From Thermodesulfobacteriota bacterium (lineage in GTDB: Bacteria; Desulfobacterota; WTBG01; JAGOGO01): a stretch of DNA of 32,000 nt. The translations under genes and the position numbers were made by a program. Positions within the stretch are counted from its first letter, which is position 1. Each line of letters starts with the position of its first letter. The stretch covers positions 1,635,622-1,667,621 of the forward strand of contig CP113000.1 of NCBI GenBank assembly GCA_026625185.1, written 5' to 3'. The notes under the pieces were generated by a model. That model ran no database searches. It saw nothing but the letters and a program-made list of their open reading frames with translations, and was not told the origin of the DNA. Positions 1 through 10,056 of the stretch are shown in pieces.

Positions 1-2360
1 ATAATCATCGCGTTAACCGGCATCCAGATTGGCCCTCGCCAGTTGGAATTGCCGCCGAACATGCCGGTGTTCGACTCGGCCGGCAAATAGTCCACCCGGT
101 ACTCATGTCCCTCGACATGGAAGATGAAGGGGTGCTTCTCGTGGAACTTGGAGAGTGAGCGGATACCGTAGGGGCTTAGAAACTCATTCTCGTCGAGCAT
201 TTTCGAGAGAATCCGCCGGAGTCGCTCCGGGTTGACTAGGGCAATGATCCCCCGGTCGGCCACGCCGAGATGACCCGGGCCGGTAGGGTGGATGGTCTCC
301 AAGAGTTCGGGAATGCGGCGCACACGTTTCAGGAGCAAAGCCAGCGCCCGCGGGACGCGCTCCCGCTGCCACTCTTCGACAACCGTGGTAGCACACAGGG
401 GCAGGAGTCCCACCATGGAGCGCACCTTGAGCCGCGTGGCGCTGCCGTCGGGAAGGCACAGGAGGTCGTAGTAGAAGCCGTCCTCCTCGTCCCACATGCC
501 ATCTTGGCCGGGACGGTTCATGGCATAGGCGATATAGTAGAAGTGCTCTGCGAACTTCAGGACCATGTCCTCGTAGGTGTGGTCATGAGCGGCAAGCTCA
601 ACCGCGAGCTCCAGCATGTTTTGGCTGAAAAAGGCCATCCAGGCCGTGCCGTCCGCCTGCTCAAGGTGACCGCCGGTGGGAAGCGGGGCGCTGCGATCGA
701 AGACGCCGATGTTGTCGAGGCCGAGGAAGCCCCCCTCGAACACGTTTTTGCCGAACCGGTCCTTGCGGTTCACCCACCAAGTGAAGTTCAGCAGCAGTTT
801 ATTGAACGCAGCCCTGAGGAAATCGAAATCGGTCTCGCCGCGCAGGGCCTGCTCGGTGCGGTGGAGAAAAAGTGTCGCGAAGGCGTGGACCGGGGGGTTC
901 ACGTCGCTAAAGTTCCACTCATAGGCGGGCATCTGTCCGCTGGGGTGCAGATAGACGCCCTTGAGCATCAGTTTCATCTGCTCCTTGGCGAAGTCCGGAT
1001 CAACGATCGTGATCGGCAGCGTGTGGAAAGCCAGGTCCCAGGCCGCATACCACGGATACTCCCACTTGTCGGGCATGGAGATGATGTCCTCGTTCAGCAT
1101 GTGGAACCACTCAGAGTTGCGGGCGTTTTTATAGCCGGTATGGAGGGGGTTGGAGTGGTGTTCGTCCAGCCAGTTGTCACCGTCGAAGAAGAAGAACTGT
1201 TTGGTCCAAAGCATGCCGGCGATCGCCTGGCGCATCACGTTGGCCGCGTCTTCACTCACTGATGGCGGGGTGACCGACCGGTAAAACTCATCAGCTTCAC
1301 GGAGCCGGTCAGCAAAGACTTTATCAAAATCCTTGCCAAAGGGTTTGCTTTTCTGGTCCGGAAAACTGTGGGAGAGCCGCAGGCGAATCATTTCGGCCTG
1401 ACCGGCGCCGACATTGATCCGGTAGTGCGCCGCGACCTTGGTGCCCTGCTTGCCGGGGTTTACTGCCTCCTGCCGGCCTAGCACCACGCAGTCGTTGATG
1501 CCGTCCTTGACGTAGGGGCTCTCGTTCTTTTGCCCGAAAAGCCGCTCGTGGTTGGTTTCGTTCTCGGTGAAGAGCAGCGGCACAACTCCTTCGCAGGAAA
1601 GGATGAATTCACCCAGCAGCGGATGAGCCGCCGCGGCCGCGCTCGCGCCTGCCGGTGACTTGATCTGCTTGATGCTTGGTTTCGAGGGGGATCGGTTGGA
1701 TTCGGCAATCCACAGCGACCAGTCATTCCGGAACCACAGAGTGGGCAGGAGATGCAATTCAGCCGCTTCCGGCCCTCGGTTAATTGCGATAATCTTAATC
1801 AGGATGTCCTCTGGGTCAGCCTTGGCATACTCGACGAAAACGTCGAAGTAGCGGCCGTCATTGAAGACGCCGGTATCGAGAAGCTCGTACTCCATTTCGT
1901 TCCGGGAGCGGGATTTGTTGGTTGCCACCAGATCATGATAAGGATAGGCCGACTGGGGATACTTGTAGAGGTATTTCATGTACGAGTGGGTCGGCGTGCT
2001 GTCGAGGTAGAAGTAGTACTCCTTTACATCCTCTCCGTGGTTGCCCTCGCTGTTGGTGAGGCCGAAGAGCCGCTCCTTGAGAATGGGGTCCTTGCCGTTC
2101 CAGAGGGCCAGGGCAAAGCAGAGGTGCTGCTTGTCATCGGAAATGCCGGCGATGCCGTCTTCGCCCCAGCGGTAGGCTCGCGAGCGGGCATGATCATGGG
2201 TGAAGAAGTTCCAAGCATCGCCGTTCTCGCTGTAATCTTCACGAACCGTTCCCCATTGTCTTTCACTCAGGTAGGGCCCCCATTTTTTCCAGGGGATGTT
2301 CTTCTGCCGAGCTTCCTCAAGCCTATCTTGTTCCCTTTCTTTATCAGATATATTCGTCAT
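1..2360 (-). CDS. GH63-related (MGH1-like) glucosidase; N-terminal ~786 aa present, C-terminus lies beyond the window edge
   Basis: Missing from the ORF track because it has no in-window stop. My reverse-strand translation from the ATG at 2358-2360 stays open to position 1: [134 protein letters not shown]... This resembles the conserved bacterial glucosidase / GH63-like family. The + strand ORFs 270..1262 and 1752..2381 are its antisense shadows. Confidence 0.8.
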   Translation of the reverse strand, partial: MTNISDKEREQDRLEEARQKNIPWKKWGPYLSERQWGTVREDYSENGDAWNFFTHDHARSRAYRWGEDGIAGISDDKQHLCFALALWNGKDPILKERLFGLTNSEGNHGEDVKEYYFYLDSTPTHSYMKYLYKYPQSAYPYHDLVATNKSRSRNEMEYELLDTGVFNDGRYFDVFVEYAKADPEDILIKIIAINRGPEAAELHLLPTLWFRNDWSLWIAESNRSPSKPSIKQIKSPAGASAAAAAHPLLGEFILSCEGVVPLLFTENETNHERLFGQKNESPYVKDGINDCVVLGRQEAVNPGKQGTKVAAHYRINVGAGQAEMIRLRLSHSFPDQKSKPFGKDFDKVFADRLREADEFYRSVTPPSVSEDAANVMRQAIAGMLWTKQFFFFDGDNWLDEHHSNPLHTGYKNARNSEWFHMLNEDIISMPDKWEYPWYAAWDLAFHTLPITIVDPDFAKEQMKLMLKGVYLHPSGQMPAYEWNFSDVNPPVHAFATLFLHRTEQALRGETDFDFLRAAFNKLLLNFTWWVNRKDRFGKNVFEGGFLGLDNIGVFDRSAPLPTGGHLEQADGTAWMAFFSQNMLELAVELAAHDHTYEDMVLKFAEHFYYIAYAMNRPGQDGMWDEEDGFYYDLLCLPDGSATRLKVRSMVGLLPLCATTVVEEWQRERVPRALALLLKRVRRIPELLETIHPTGPGHLGVADRGIIALVNPERLRRILSKMLDENEFLSPYGIRSLSKFHEKHPFIFHVEGHEYRVDYLPAESNTGMFGGNSNWRGPIWMPVNAMI

Positions 2361-2471
2361 TTTTCTCTCCAGTCTTTATAAACCGTTGCATTATATCTGG
2401 CTACACCATACTCGTTTTTCTTCGGGCGTCTACCTTTCCTTATTGATTTTCTTTCACAATATTTAAAAAAC

Positions 2472-2515
2472 AAATACAGTTATCACTGTATTTTGAACTC
2501 AAAAATACTGTATTT
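2472..2515. promoter_or_regulatory. Candidate operator upstream of the glucosidase gene: perfect 9-bp inverted repeat plus a third half-site
   Basis: AAATACAGT (2472-2480), tatc, ACTGTATTT (2485-2493) is a perfect inverted repeat. A third ACTGTATTT lies at 2507-2515. All sit in the 187-bp gap 5' of the minus-strand glucosidase start. Confidence 0.35.
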
Positions 2516-2547
2516 TCGAAAATTAATATTGTGCCCCCCCCATTTAT

Positions 2548-3897
2548 CTATCGACCAACAAAGTAAAACATACCCAAAACGTATAGAGCAGCTACCGCTA
2601 ACTGGCAGAGAGTAACCGGAATGCCGTAGCGCATAAAAGTTACGAAAGAAACCGGCTTGCCGTTGGCCGCGCAGATACCGGTGCTCACTACGTTGGCGGA
2701 TGCGCCGATCAGGGTGGCGTTGCCTCCCAACGTTGCAGCGAACATCATGGCCACGAACACCGGGATCGCTCGGGCGGGCCAGTCAATAAACGTGGGATCT
2801 AACGCCAGGTCAGGAACAAGCTGGGCGATCACCATGTATCCTTTCACCATGAGCAGCATTGCCGCCACTATGGGAATATTGGCGAGCAAACTCGATGAAA
2901 AACCCACTCCTCCAATTATGATCAATGAAATGAGCACCAGATTGGTGCCAAACCAGGTGTAAAGATTCTGCGATAAAGTTTCCAGGATTCCGGTCTTGGT
3001 AAATGCCTGCACCAGACAGAATAAGCAGGTGAGGAAAATAATCGTTTGCCAGTCAATGTCTTTCAGGACGTTGGTGAGCGGCTCGACTTTTGCGGCATAA
3101 ATGACGAGCAGTGCCAGAGTCGCGGCGATGATCGCCACCCCCGGCGGTACAATCTTCCACGGAACCTTATCCCCGAAAATGAAAAGAAGCACCATCACCA
3201 GAAGCACCATGAGCGAAAACGCCGCAAACCAGGGTCGCTCCAAAGGTTTTGCCCGGAGATTCACGGGCAATGGCCGTCGCACCTGCCATATGTTCTTCAT
3301 GAGCTTGGGCATAAGAGGAATAATGGAGAGGAGCGCGAGCAACCCTCCCAGACTCACCTTCTGCAGGTACCCACTGAATGTCATGCCGATTGAACTCCCC
3401 ACCAGAAACGTGGCCGGGTCTCCCACCAGGGTGAGCATGCCGGCGGAGTTGCTGATGATGGCGGTCACCAACAGGGGGCCGACAAAATCAATTTCCAGGG
3501 CGGTGGCAACCCGGATGATGATGGGAGCAAGAATGATTACGGTGGTGGCATTGGGGAGCACGGCACAGAGAGGAGCGACCAGGACAAACAGACCCAGAAG
3601 AAACCGCTTACCGCTTCCTCTGGTGGCCCGCAAAAAGGCGGTGCCAATGTACTCAAAAATACCGGTTGGGACGAGGGTGCGGGCCACCACCATGCCTCCA
3701 AAAAGCAGCGCAATCGTTCCCTCGGCTGTCTTGCTAATCGAAATCACATCCTCAGCGGTAAAGATTCCCAGCACAATTAGCGTGCTCACCCCCATCAGAG
3801 CCGCAAGCATCATGTCTATCAGGTCAAAGGCGATCAGCAGGATGACACTGGCAAAAACAATCAGGGTTATCGTTGCAGGAAAATCAAATGGTCCCAT
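2548..3897 (-). CDS. Ion-transporter-superfamily permease (ArsB/NhaD / CitMHS-like anion or organic-acid permease)
   Basis: Polytopic hydrophobic protein of ~449 aa. Start trimmed to MGPFDFPATITLIVF (ATG complement at 3895-3897), which has an AAGGAAG-type SD. The track's longer start overlaps the upstream gene. Family call is by overall resemblance. Confidence 0.65.
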   Translation of the reverse strand: MGPFDFPATITLIVFASVILLIAFDLIDMMLAALMGVSTLIVLGIFTAEDVISISKTAEGTIALLFGGMVVARTLVPTGIFEYIGTAFLRATRGSGKRFLLGLFVLVAPLCAVLPNATTVIILAPIIIRVATALEIDFVGPLLVTAIISNSAGMLTLVGDPATFLVGSSIGMTFSGYLQKVSLGGLLALLSIIPLMPKLMKNIWQVRRPLPVNLRAKPLERPWFAAFSLMVLLVMVLLFIFGDKVPWKIVPPGVAIIAATLALLVIYAAKVEPLTNVLKDIDWQTIIFLTCLFCLVQAFTKTGILETLSQNLYTWFGTNLVLISLIIIGGVGFSSSLLANIPIVAAMLLMVKGYMVIAQLVPDLALDPTFIDWPARAIPVFVAMMFAATLGGNATLIGASANVVSTGICAANGKPVSFVTFMRYGIPVTLCQLAVAALYVLGMFYFVGR

Positions 3898-3923
3898 CGG
3901 TTCTGTCTTCCTTGAGTGTTGGT

Positions 3924-4982
3924 TTATTGGAACGGTGGGGCATAAAGCAAGCCGCCGTCTTTCCATAACCGGTTTATGCCCCGCTCAATTTTTAACCCGC
4001 TGTCTTTTCCCAAATTCCGCTCATAAATTTCCCCATAGTTACCCACCGCGGCAATGATGTTTGCAACCCAATCGGGTTTTAGTCCCAGTGTTTTACCACG
4101 TTCTCCGCTGTAGTTAATTAACCACCGGACTTGGGGGTCAGTGGAGGTTCTCTGAAGGGTTCGAACATTTGTGCTGGTGACCCCGAGTTCCTCGGCTTCA
4201 ATAAGGGCAAAAAGCACCCATCTCACCAGCGTTAACCAGTCTTCGTCACCACGGCGCACTGCCGGAGCAAGAGGCTCCTTGGAAATTTCACCGGATAGGA
4301 TTTTGTAACGCTTTATACCGTCGGGAACCGCTGCCCGCAGTACTGCCAGCACTGAACGCTCGGCAGTACAGGCCTGGCAACGCTCTGTTTTCATAGCTTC
4401 ACCTAATTCTTTCTGGGAATCAACTACCACGGGAGTATATTTTATACCCCTTTTCGAAAAAATATCCGCCAAATTTGAAATAAAAGTTGTTCCCTTCTCC
4501 ACACAGATCGTCATGCCGTTTAAGTCTTCTATACGTTTTACTTTTTTTTTGCTGGCCGGCACCCCAAACGCCTGACCGTCATAGAAATAAACACCGGGGA
4601 ACTTGATCCCGATTCCTGCCTCGCGGCCGAAGGTCCACGTGGTGGTGTGGGCAAGAAGGTCAATCTTATTCGAAAGCAGGACCGGGAACCGTTGTGGTGC
4701 GCTTAAGGGAACAAACCTCACTTTTGCGGCATCACCCAATACCGCCACCGCTACTGCCCGGCAGAAATCAACATTGAATCCACGCCACTCGCCGCCTTGG
4801 TCCTGGTAAGCAAAACCCAGCAATTTTTCCGTCACCCCGCAGCGTATTACCTTGTTTTTGCGAATGCGGTTCAAGGTATCGCCGGCCAAGGCAAATGAAG
4901 TAATCAAGGATCCCAGTAACGTAATTAGGCAGGCGGTTACAATGATTTTTCTGCAGCTTGAACGATTTTTGATTTCAGCCAT
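3924..4982 (-). CDS. Periplasmic amino-acid-type ABC substrate-binding protein (AapJ/BztA-like, family 3)
   Basis: 352 aa with an N-terminal signal-like segment (IIVTACLITLLGSLITSFALA). Body resembles general L-amino-acid binding proteins (VIRCGV...GFNVDFCRAVA...DLL...TWT..RE). No ABC permease or ATPase gene is adjacent. Confidence 0.7.
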   Translation of the reverse strand: MAEIKNRSSCRKIIVTACLITLLGSLITSFALAGDTLNRIRKNKVIRCGVTEKLLGFAYQDQGGEWRGFNVDFCRAVAVAVLGDAAKVRFVPLSAPQRFPVLLSNKIDLLAHTTTWTFGREAGIGIKFPGVYFYDGQAFGVPASKKKVKRIEDLNGMTICVEKGTTFISNLADIFSKRGIKYTPVVVDSQKELGEAMKTERCQACTAERSVLAVLRAAVPDGIKRYKILSGEISKEPLAPAVRRGDEDWLTLVRWVLFALIEAEELGVTSTNVRTLQRTSTDPQVRWLINYSGERGKTLGLKPDWVANIIAAVGNYGEIYERNLGKDSGLKIERGINRLWKDGGLLYAPPFQ

Positions 4983-5225
4983 CTTTAGACTCCGAAATTA
5001 CAAATTAATTCATTAATTCAATTTTGGAAGGAAGTTTTTCTGCCACTCCAACTCCGACCTTTTCCAGCTCATTTACTGTGAATTTGAAAAAATATTCAAC
5101 CATATATTACCATCGAAAAGGTTGATTTCTAATGGTCTGTGGCCGTTAAAATCCTATCACTGATTGTGGAATCTAAATCCACATCACCTCGGCGCAGTTT
5201 CGCCGTTGCGTTCCCTTACACCACC

Positions 5226-5822
5226 TTATTTACCGGCAGCTTGTTCAAAAGTCCGGACAACACTGGCGATGTCTTCGCTCAGGCGCACCAGAGCACGGCT
5301 GTGGGCGGCAACCAGAGCAGCATAGCCGCTGGCCTGCACGGACTCACGAACGGTTGTGCGCCCGGCCCGCGATTGATTCTCTTTCCGGGCACGCACTGTC
5401 CACAGGGCATCGAGGGTTGCCGCTTCGCCGGGCACCGATTCGAAACGAAGGGTGTCAATCACGACCCGATAGGATGCGTCGGCAGCCGATGACTGGGGAA
5501 ACACGGTCACGCTTGGCGTCCCGAGCGCCGAGGCAAGGTTTTCGGCAACCACCCGTGCGATCTCGCTTTGCAGCGGCGCGGCCCAGCGGTTAAACTCGTC
5601 GAAGGTAACTTGGTTGGCCCCGGTCTGCAGCACGATCTGGGGGCGGTCGACGACAGCAGGTACGGTAACCGGGCCAACAGAGATGGAGTAGCTTGCTGTG
5701 CCAGCAGCCGGTTTTGCTCCTGAGCTTAGGGTGTAAAATTGGGACGACGGTGTGGAAGCGCAGCCCATCATCACTTCAGCAAGCGCGCAGAAGATAACAA
5801 GAGAGAGGAGTCTTTTTATCAT
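5226..5822 (-). CDS. pqiC: PqiC/YmbA-family (DUF330) lipoprotein
   Basis: 198 aa, signal peptide plus Cys (VMMGCAS). Conserved DRPQIV...FNRWA core. Its start overlaps the pqiB stop (ATGA), indicating translational coupling. Confidence 0.75.
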   Translation of the reverse strand: MIKRLLSLVIFCALAEVMMGCASTPSSQFYTLSSGAKPAAGTASYSISVGPVTVPAVVDRPQIVLQTGANQVTFDEFNRWAAPLQSEIARVVAENLASALGTPSVTVFPQSSAADASYRVVIDTLRFESVPGEAATLDALWTVRARKENQSRAGRTTVRESVQASGYAALVAAHSRALVRLSEDIASVVRTFEQAAGK

Positions 5823-7444
5823 GGTTTCTCCTTTGTCTTCCCGCGGATCAGGGCCTCGGGATGACGCTCAAGATAGTCAGTGAAAACACGGATCGCCTGC
5901 GCGGCGCGGGTCATCTCCTGCAAAGCATCACGCAGATCCTGCTGCACCGGGGTATCCTTGCCAACCAGGTTGGCATTTGTGCTTTCCAGTACGCGCTTGA
6001 GGTCTTCCAGGACGGTCTTCAGCTCAGGAGTGATTTCCGTGTCGGCGCGCTTCAGTGTCTGGTCAGTCGTCGCTATGAGCTTCTTCAGGTTAACGCCGAT
6101 GGCCTCGAGGGGCATCTTGTCGATCTTGGCCAGTATGCTGTTGATCTTATTCTGCAGATCCTGCAGTCCGCCCGGCATCACCGGGAGTTCGGGTGGGGAC
6201 TTTGTCCAGTTGATCTTAATCTTGGGAGCATCAGGGAAAAAATCAAAGGCCACATAGAGTTGTCCGGTCACGAGACTTCCGCTCCGCAGTTGCGCCCGTA
6301 AGCCCCGGTCAACTATTTTTTGCATCACAGCGCGGCGCTCTGATTCCTGCTGGGTCTTCTCATCAAAAGCCTTCGATTTCTCAGTCAACAACATCCGCAT
6401 GCGCATCGGATAGAGCGCAACATCAACGCGCGGGCGGAGATTATCCGTCGCGGGGTTGTAATCGAGACCGACCGCGGTAACCTCACCAACCGGCAATCCG
6501 AAAAAGGTAACGGGGGCGCCGACAGAGAGTCCGCGAACCGGCTCGTTGAAATATAGGACGTAGGGCTGAACAATCGTCTCGTGCTTGGCGGTTGCATCCG
6601 TGTGGTTATCGTAAAGCGTAAAAACGGAGCCTTCTGTGGCCGGCTTTTCATCTTGAGCCGAGGAAGGCGCTTCAAAGGCGATCCCTCCGATGAGCAGCGA
6701 AAGCACCGACTGAGTTTCAACAGTGATGCCGTTTGCCCCTAACGATACGTCGACGCCGCTTGCCTGCCAGAAACGCGTGGCGGGGGTGACATAGGTGTCG
6801 TAGGGTGCGTTCACGAAAACCTTAATATTGACCGATCTGCCGTCCGCGGCCAAGTCGTAACCGATGATTTGTCCCACGTTCAGGCGGCGGTAGTAAAGAG
6901 GAGAGCCGATCCCCAAAGAACCGAGGTTGTCGGCCTGCAGCACAAACCGTCGGCCCGGCTCATCGATTTTAATCGCCGGCGGCACTTCGAGGCCGATAAA
7001 ATTCCGCCTGGCCTTTTTCGATTTTCCCACATCGAACCCGATGTAGTTGCCCGACAGGAGCGTGCCGATGCCGGAGATCCCGCTGAGTGTGACGCGCGGT
7101 TTCTCGATCCAGAATTTGGCGTCCTCGACGATGAGGCCAGCGGCGCTCTTGTCGATCTTTGCCGTCACCACCACCTTTGCGAAGTCTTTCGAGAGCTTTA
7201 CTGTCTTCACCTGTCCGATGTTGACGTCCTTGTATCTGATGTAGGTCTTTCCCTCCTCGACTCCCTCGGTCGTCTTGAAGACGATGCTGATCGTCGGTCC
7301 TTCACTGAGAATCCGCTGGACCGCGATACCGAGGGCAACCAGGGCTGCCAGGATGGGGATGATCCACACGACGGAGAACCGCCGGCGTTTTTTGGGTTCG
7401 GCCAAGGCTTGTGGAATATTTTTTAGATCAACGTTTTCAGTCAT
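5819..7444 (-). CDS. pqiB: PqiB, multi-MCE-domain intermembrane transport protein
   Basis: ~541 aa from MTENVDLKN (ATG complement at 7442-7444, preceded by a GAGGAGG SD). It has an N-terminal TM helix (KKRRRFSVVWIIPILAALVALG), repeated MCE-like segments and a helical C-terminus. It lies 13 nt after pqiA. Confidence 0.85.
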   Translation of the reverse strand: MTENVDLKNIPQALAEPKKRRRFSVVWIIPILAALVALGIAVQRILSEGPTISIVFKTTEGVEEGKTYIRYKDVNIGQVKTVKLSKDFAKVVVTAKIDKSAAGLIVEDAKFWIEKPRVTLSGISGIGTLLSGNYIGFDVGKSKKARRNFIGLEVPPAIKIDEPGRRFVLQADNLGSLGIGSPLYYRRLNVGQIIGYDLAADGRSVNIKVFVNAPYDTYVTPATRFWQASGVDVSLGANGITVETQSVLSLLIGGIAFEAPSSAQDEKPATEGSVFTLYDNHTDATAKHETIVQPYVLYFNEPVRGLSVGAPVTFFGLPVGEVTAVGLDYNPATDNLRPRVDVALYPMRMRMLLTEKSKAFDEKTQQESERRAVMQKIVDRGLRAQLRSGSLVTGQLYVAFDFFPDAPKIKINWTKSPPELPVMPGGLQDLQNKINSILAKIDKMPLEAIGVNLKKLIATTDQTLKRADTEITPELKTVLEDLKRVLESTNANLVGKDTPVQQDLRDALQEMTRAAQAIRVFTDYLERHPEALIRGKTKEKP

Positions 7445-7457
7445 TTTCCTCCTCTTG

Positions 7458-8750
7458 TTAATTGCTGGAATCCCAGATCGTTCGGGGATCGAAGCATTCG
7501 GCTGCAATCATGGTTAGTATGACCACTGCCGCGAAAAAAAGTACCCCGGCTCCGGGCTTAATCGACATCAAGGGTTGTAGTTGAATGAGGGCGACGGTAA
7601 AGGTGACGACGAAAACGTCAAGCATAGACCATCGCCCCACAAATTCTACCAGCCGGTAGAGACGCAGCCGCTCCTGCCGTCCTTCGATCGAACGAAGCTG
7701 GACCGTGATGAGCAAATAGGCCAGCGCCATAATCTTGGCAAGCGGAATCATCACGCTCGCAATCAATACGATCAGCGCCAGATGCCACGATCCGGTCTTA
7801 TAGAGCAGGACGACGCCACTCAGGATGGTATCATCTTCGGAAGAACCCAGTGTGGTCGATACCATCACTGGCAGTACGTTCGCCGGGATATAACAAATCA
7901 AGGCTGCGATGATGAGCGCCCAAGTCCGTTGGATAGAATTGTTCCGTCGCAGGGCAAGTTCCTCGCCGCAACGCGGGCACTGTCCGGGCTCATTGATATC
8001 GAACGGTCTTGACAGAAGCCCGCAAGCCTCGCACGATACAAGTCCCAGTTTGATTCCCGTCAGCACGTCGGCACTTTTAGATGCGCTCTCTGCGGTAACC
8101 GTCGATGAGCCGCCGGAAACCAAATCCGGCATTTCACCGTTGGCCCACTCAACGCGCTGCCAAACTTCATGCGGATCGAAACTGACCGTCATTGCAGCAA
8201 CCAGCACCACAAGTGTGCCGGCGGCAAACATTCCGATCCCGGGAGTCACCGTCGCCAGTTCCGCGATCTTGATTAATGCCACCAAGATGCCGAGCATCAT
8301 CACCTCGACCATCGCCCAGGACTGGTGCCACTCGGACCAGCGAAGAAGTCTGCCGATCCACCATGGCGCCGGAGTCCGTCGGGCAGAAAGCAGGACGGTG
8401 AACATAATTCCGATATAAACGGCGGGGGCAACCACCGTGCAGAAAATAACGATCATGGCCGTGATCTGCTGACCTCGAAGCCACATTTCTATGGCGCCAC
8501 CGAGAATCGTCGTACTTGCCTTCCGCCCCGCCACCGAAAGTTCCATCAACGTCGGTGCGTTGGCAACGATAAGGACGATGGCTGCGGCAACCGCAAAGGC
8601 CAATGTCCGCTCCAAGGAATAGGGCTTGCTGGCGGCAATTGTGTGGCCGCAACGGGGGCAGCGAGCTCTCCCGCCGTGTGGCAGGGCGGGGATGCGCTGC
8701 AATAGGTCGCATTCCGGACAGGCTACCAGATTTTCAGCCAATCGGGTCAC
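7458..8750 (-). CDS. pqiA: PqiA, integral membrane subunit with duplicated zinc-ribbon plus TM modules
   Basis: 430 aa with a GTG start and GGAG SD. It has two CxxC...CxxC modules (CPECD...CPRCGH and CEACG...CPRCGE), each followed by TM helices. This is the typical PqiA duplication. Confidence 0.85.
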   Translation of the reverse strand: MTRLAENLVACPECDLLQRIPALPHGGRARCPRCGHTIAASKPYSLERTLAFAVAAAIVLIVANAPTLMELSVAGRKASTTILGGAIEMWLRGQQITAMIVIFCTVVAPAVYIGIMFTVLLSARRTPAPWWIGRLLRWSEWHQSWAMVEVMMLGILVALIKIAELATVTPGIGMFAAGTLVVLVAAMTVSFDPHEVWQRVEWANGEMPDLVSGGSSTVTAESASKSADVLTGIKLGLVSCEACGLLSRPFDINEPGQCPRCGEELALRRNNSIQRTWALIIAALICYIPANVLPVMVSTTLGSSEDDTILSGVVLLYKTGSWHLALIVLIASVMIPLAKIMALAYLLITVQLRSIEGRQERLRLYRLVEFVGRWSMLDVFVVTFTVALIQLQPLMSIKPGAGVLFFAAVVILTMIAAECFDPRTIWDSSN

Positions 8751-8897
8751 TGTACTTCTCCGTTTGTGCCCGGGGTAAGGCTGAAAATGCTTAAAGTGGC
8801 TTTTATTTTAATGAGTTTTTTCACTTTTCTTTAGAAAAATTTTGTGGAATAAAACTCCCGGTGCGAGTTTGTTAATCCCGGATATGCGAGTGCGTTT

Positions 8898-9569
8898 TTA
8901 CTTGGCAGCGTGAAATTCATCCAATCGCGTTTTTAGCCGTCCGGCCCAGAACTTGAACGCTTCCTCCGCGCTGCCGAACTTGGTGAAACTGTCAACCTTG
9001 GCACCGGCTCTGCGGTCAACGCCCGCAGCGATTCGCTTATTGGTCTGAGAATCCAGAAGCTCAAATTCCATGCTGATCTCTCCGACACCAGCGCTTTTTC
9101 CGGTAAGTCCTTTCTTGACAAGACCAATGGCAATCCCTGCCGGCACGACCGAGGTGACAACGTTGAGAGTCCGGATCGGCAGCTGCAGGTCGGTTATGGC
9201 CACCCTCACCCTCATGACATCCGGAGCAGGTTCGCTGACGAGCGGATAAGCGTCTCCGAGGACATCGATCACTGCCCGGTTGTATTTATCGGCCAGTTCT
9301 TTCATTTCATCAGGATCAATAGCTTGATTCTCCGCGTCTTGCTTGAAATAAAAGACCACCTGGTCCAGCATTATTTTATTGTATTGCTTAAAATTAACAC
9401 CCTCCTTCACGTATACCTGGGCAACCCCACCTTTGGGGCCTGGCTTTAACTGGGAATAATCACTCAGGAATCCTGAATATTCTTTTACTTTTAATCCGGC
9501 GTAAGGGGTGCCAAGTGACAGGCAAAGGGTGATCAGGGTTATTAAGAAAATTCTCGATACCTTTTTCAT
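8898..9569 (-). CDS. Secreted DUF3313-like protein
   Basis: 223 aa with an N-terminal signal-like segment. Sequence pattern (YSGFLSDYSQLKPG...VYV...KYNKIMLDQV) resembles DUF3313 envelope proteins. Confidence 0.6.
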   Translation of the reverse strand: MKKVSRIFLITLITLCLSLGTPYAGLKVKEYSGFLSDYSQLKPGPKGGVAQVYVKEGVNFKQYNKIMLDQVVFYFKQDAENQAIDPDEMKELADKYNRAVIDVLGDAYPLVSEPAPDVMRVRVAITDLQLPIRTLNVVTSVVPAGIAIGLVKKGLTGKSAGVGEISMEFELLDSQTNKRIAAGVDRRAGAKVDSFTKFGSAEEAFKFWAGRLKTRLDEFHAAK

Positions 9570-9677
9570 AGGTGTTCTCCTTTTTTTAAAAACAAATAAT
9601 TGATTTTATTGGTTAACCTTACAAAGTTTATTTTTGGGTTAGATGATTCCTTATGGCTGACCAGTGCTACCTGATCA

Positions 9678-10001
9678 CTAATTTTCGTCCTCATCATTTC
9701 TTGCCTCATTCGCCTCTGAGGATTCGGTTGTGTAGTAATTTATATCTGATTTTTTGCTGAGCAGATTTATTGCTCCAACCAAAACCTTATATCTGTGCGA
9801 CCGTAAATGTTTGTCGAGCGCCTCCTGATTAGCCCACTTTTCTCTCAAAATGAAACGGCTCTCATCCTCGGTATCTTGATAAAAAGAGCAGCCCTGACAC
9901 CCCGTTACATTTCGAATTTCACTCACCAAGGTTTTCAAAGTCTGCATCAGCTCATTACGCTTGGTGGGCAGTACATCAACTCTGGCGGTTCTAATGATCA
10001 T
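9678..10001 (-). CDS. ABM-fold (antibiotic-biosynthesis-monooxygenase-like) small protein
   Basis: ~107 aa. The pattern FILREKWANQEALDKHLRSHRYK is typical of the ABM/YgiN-like fold. ATG at 10001 (the TTG at 10004 is an alternative), with a GGAG SD upstream on the minus strand. Confidence 0.55.
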   Translation of the reverse strand: MIIRTARVDVLPTKRNELMQTLKTLVSEIRNVTGCQGCSFYQDTEDESRFILREKWANQEALDKHLRSHRYKVLVGAINLLSKKSDINYYTTESSEANEARNDEDEN

Positions 10002-10056
10002 CAATTATTTCTCCAAAAGAGGAGGTTAAAATGATGTTTGGGACAGCACAACATTT

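Noticed and set aside
270-2381. Long + strand ORFs (270..1262, 330 aa; 1752..2381, 209 aa) offered by the ORF track
   Set aside because: They are antisense shadows of the GC-rich minus-strand glucosidase gene, which reads through the whole interval with recognisable family sequence. The + strand translations are low-complexity (V/E/G/A-rich) and resemble nothing I recognise.
2534-2541. C8 homopolymer directly after the permease stop, considered as a phase-variation tract
   Set aside because: It is intergenic, short, and not placed between recognisable -35/-10 elements or inside a coding region. Nothing suggests slipped-strand regulation.
3101-4057. 318-aa + strand ORF
   Set aside because: It is antisense to the permease gene. 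Its Arg/Ser/Thr/Met-rich composition is typical of a reverse-frame artefact, and it has no RBS.
5165-5183. Hairpin TGTGGA-N7-TCCACA downstream of pqiC, considered as the operon terminator
   Set aside because: It has only a 6-bp stem and no following U-tract on the minus strand, so it is too weak to annotate.
8167-8712. 181-aa minus-strand ORF in another frame of pqiA
   Set aside because: It is an alternative frame of a GC-rich gene. Its Arg/Gly/Cys-rich nonsense composition contrasts with the PqiA frame, which has the expected zinc-ribbon and TM pattern.
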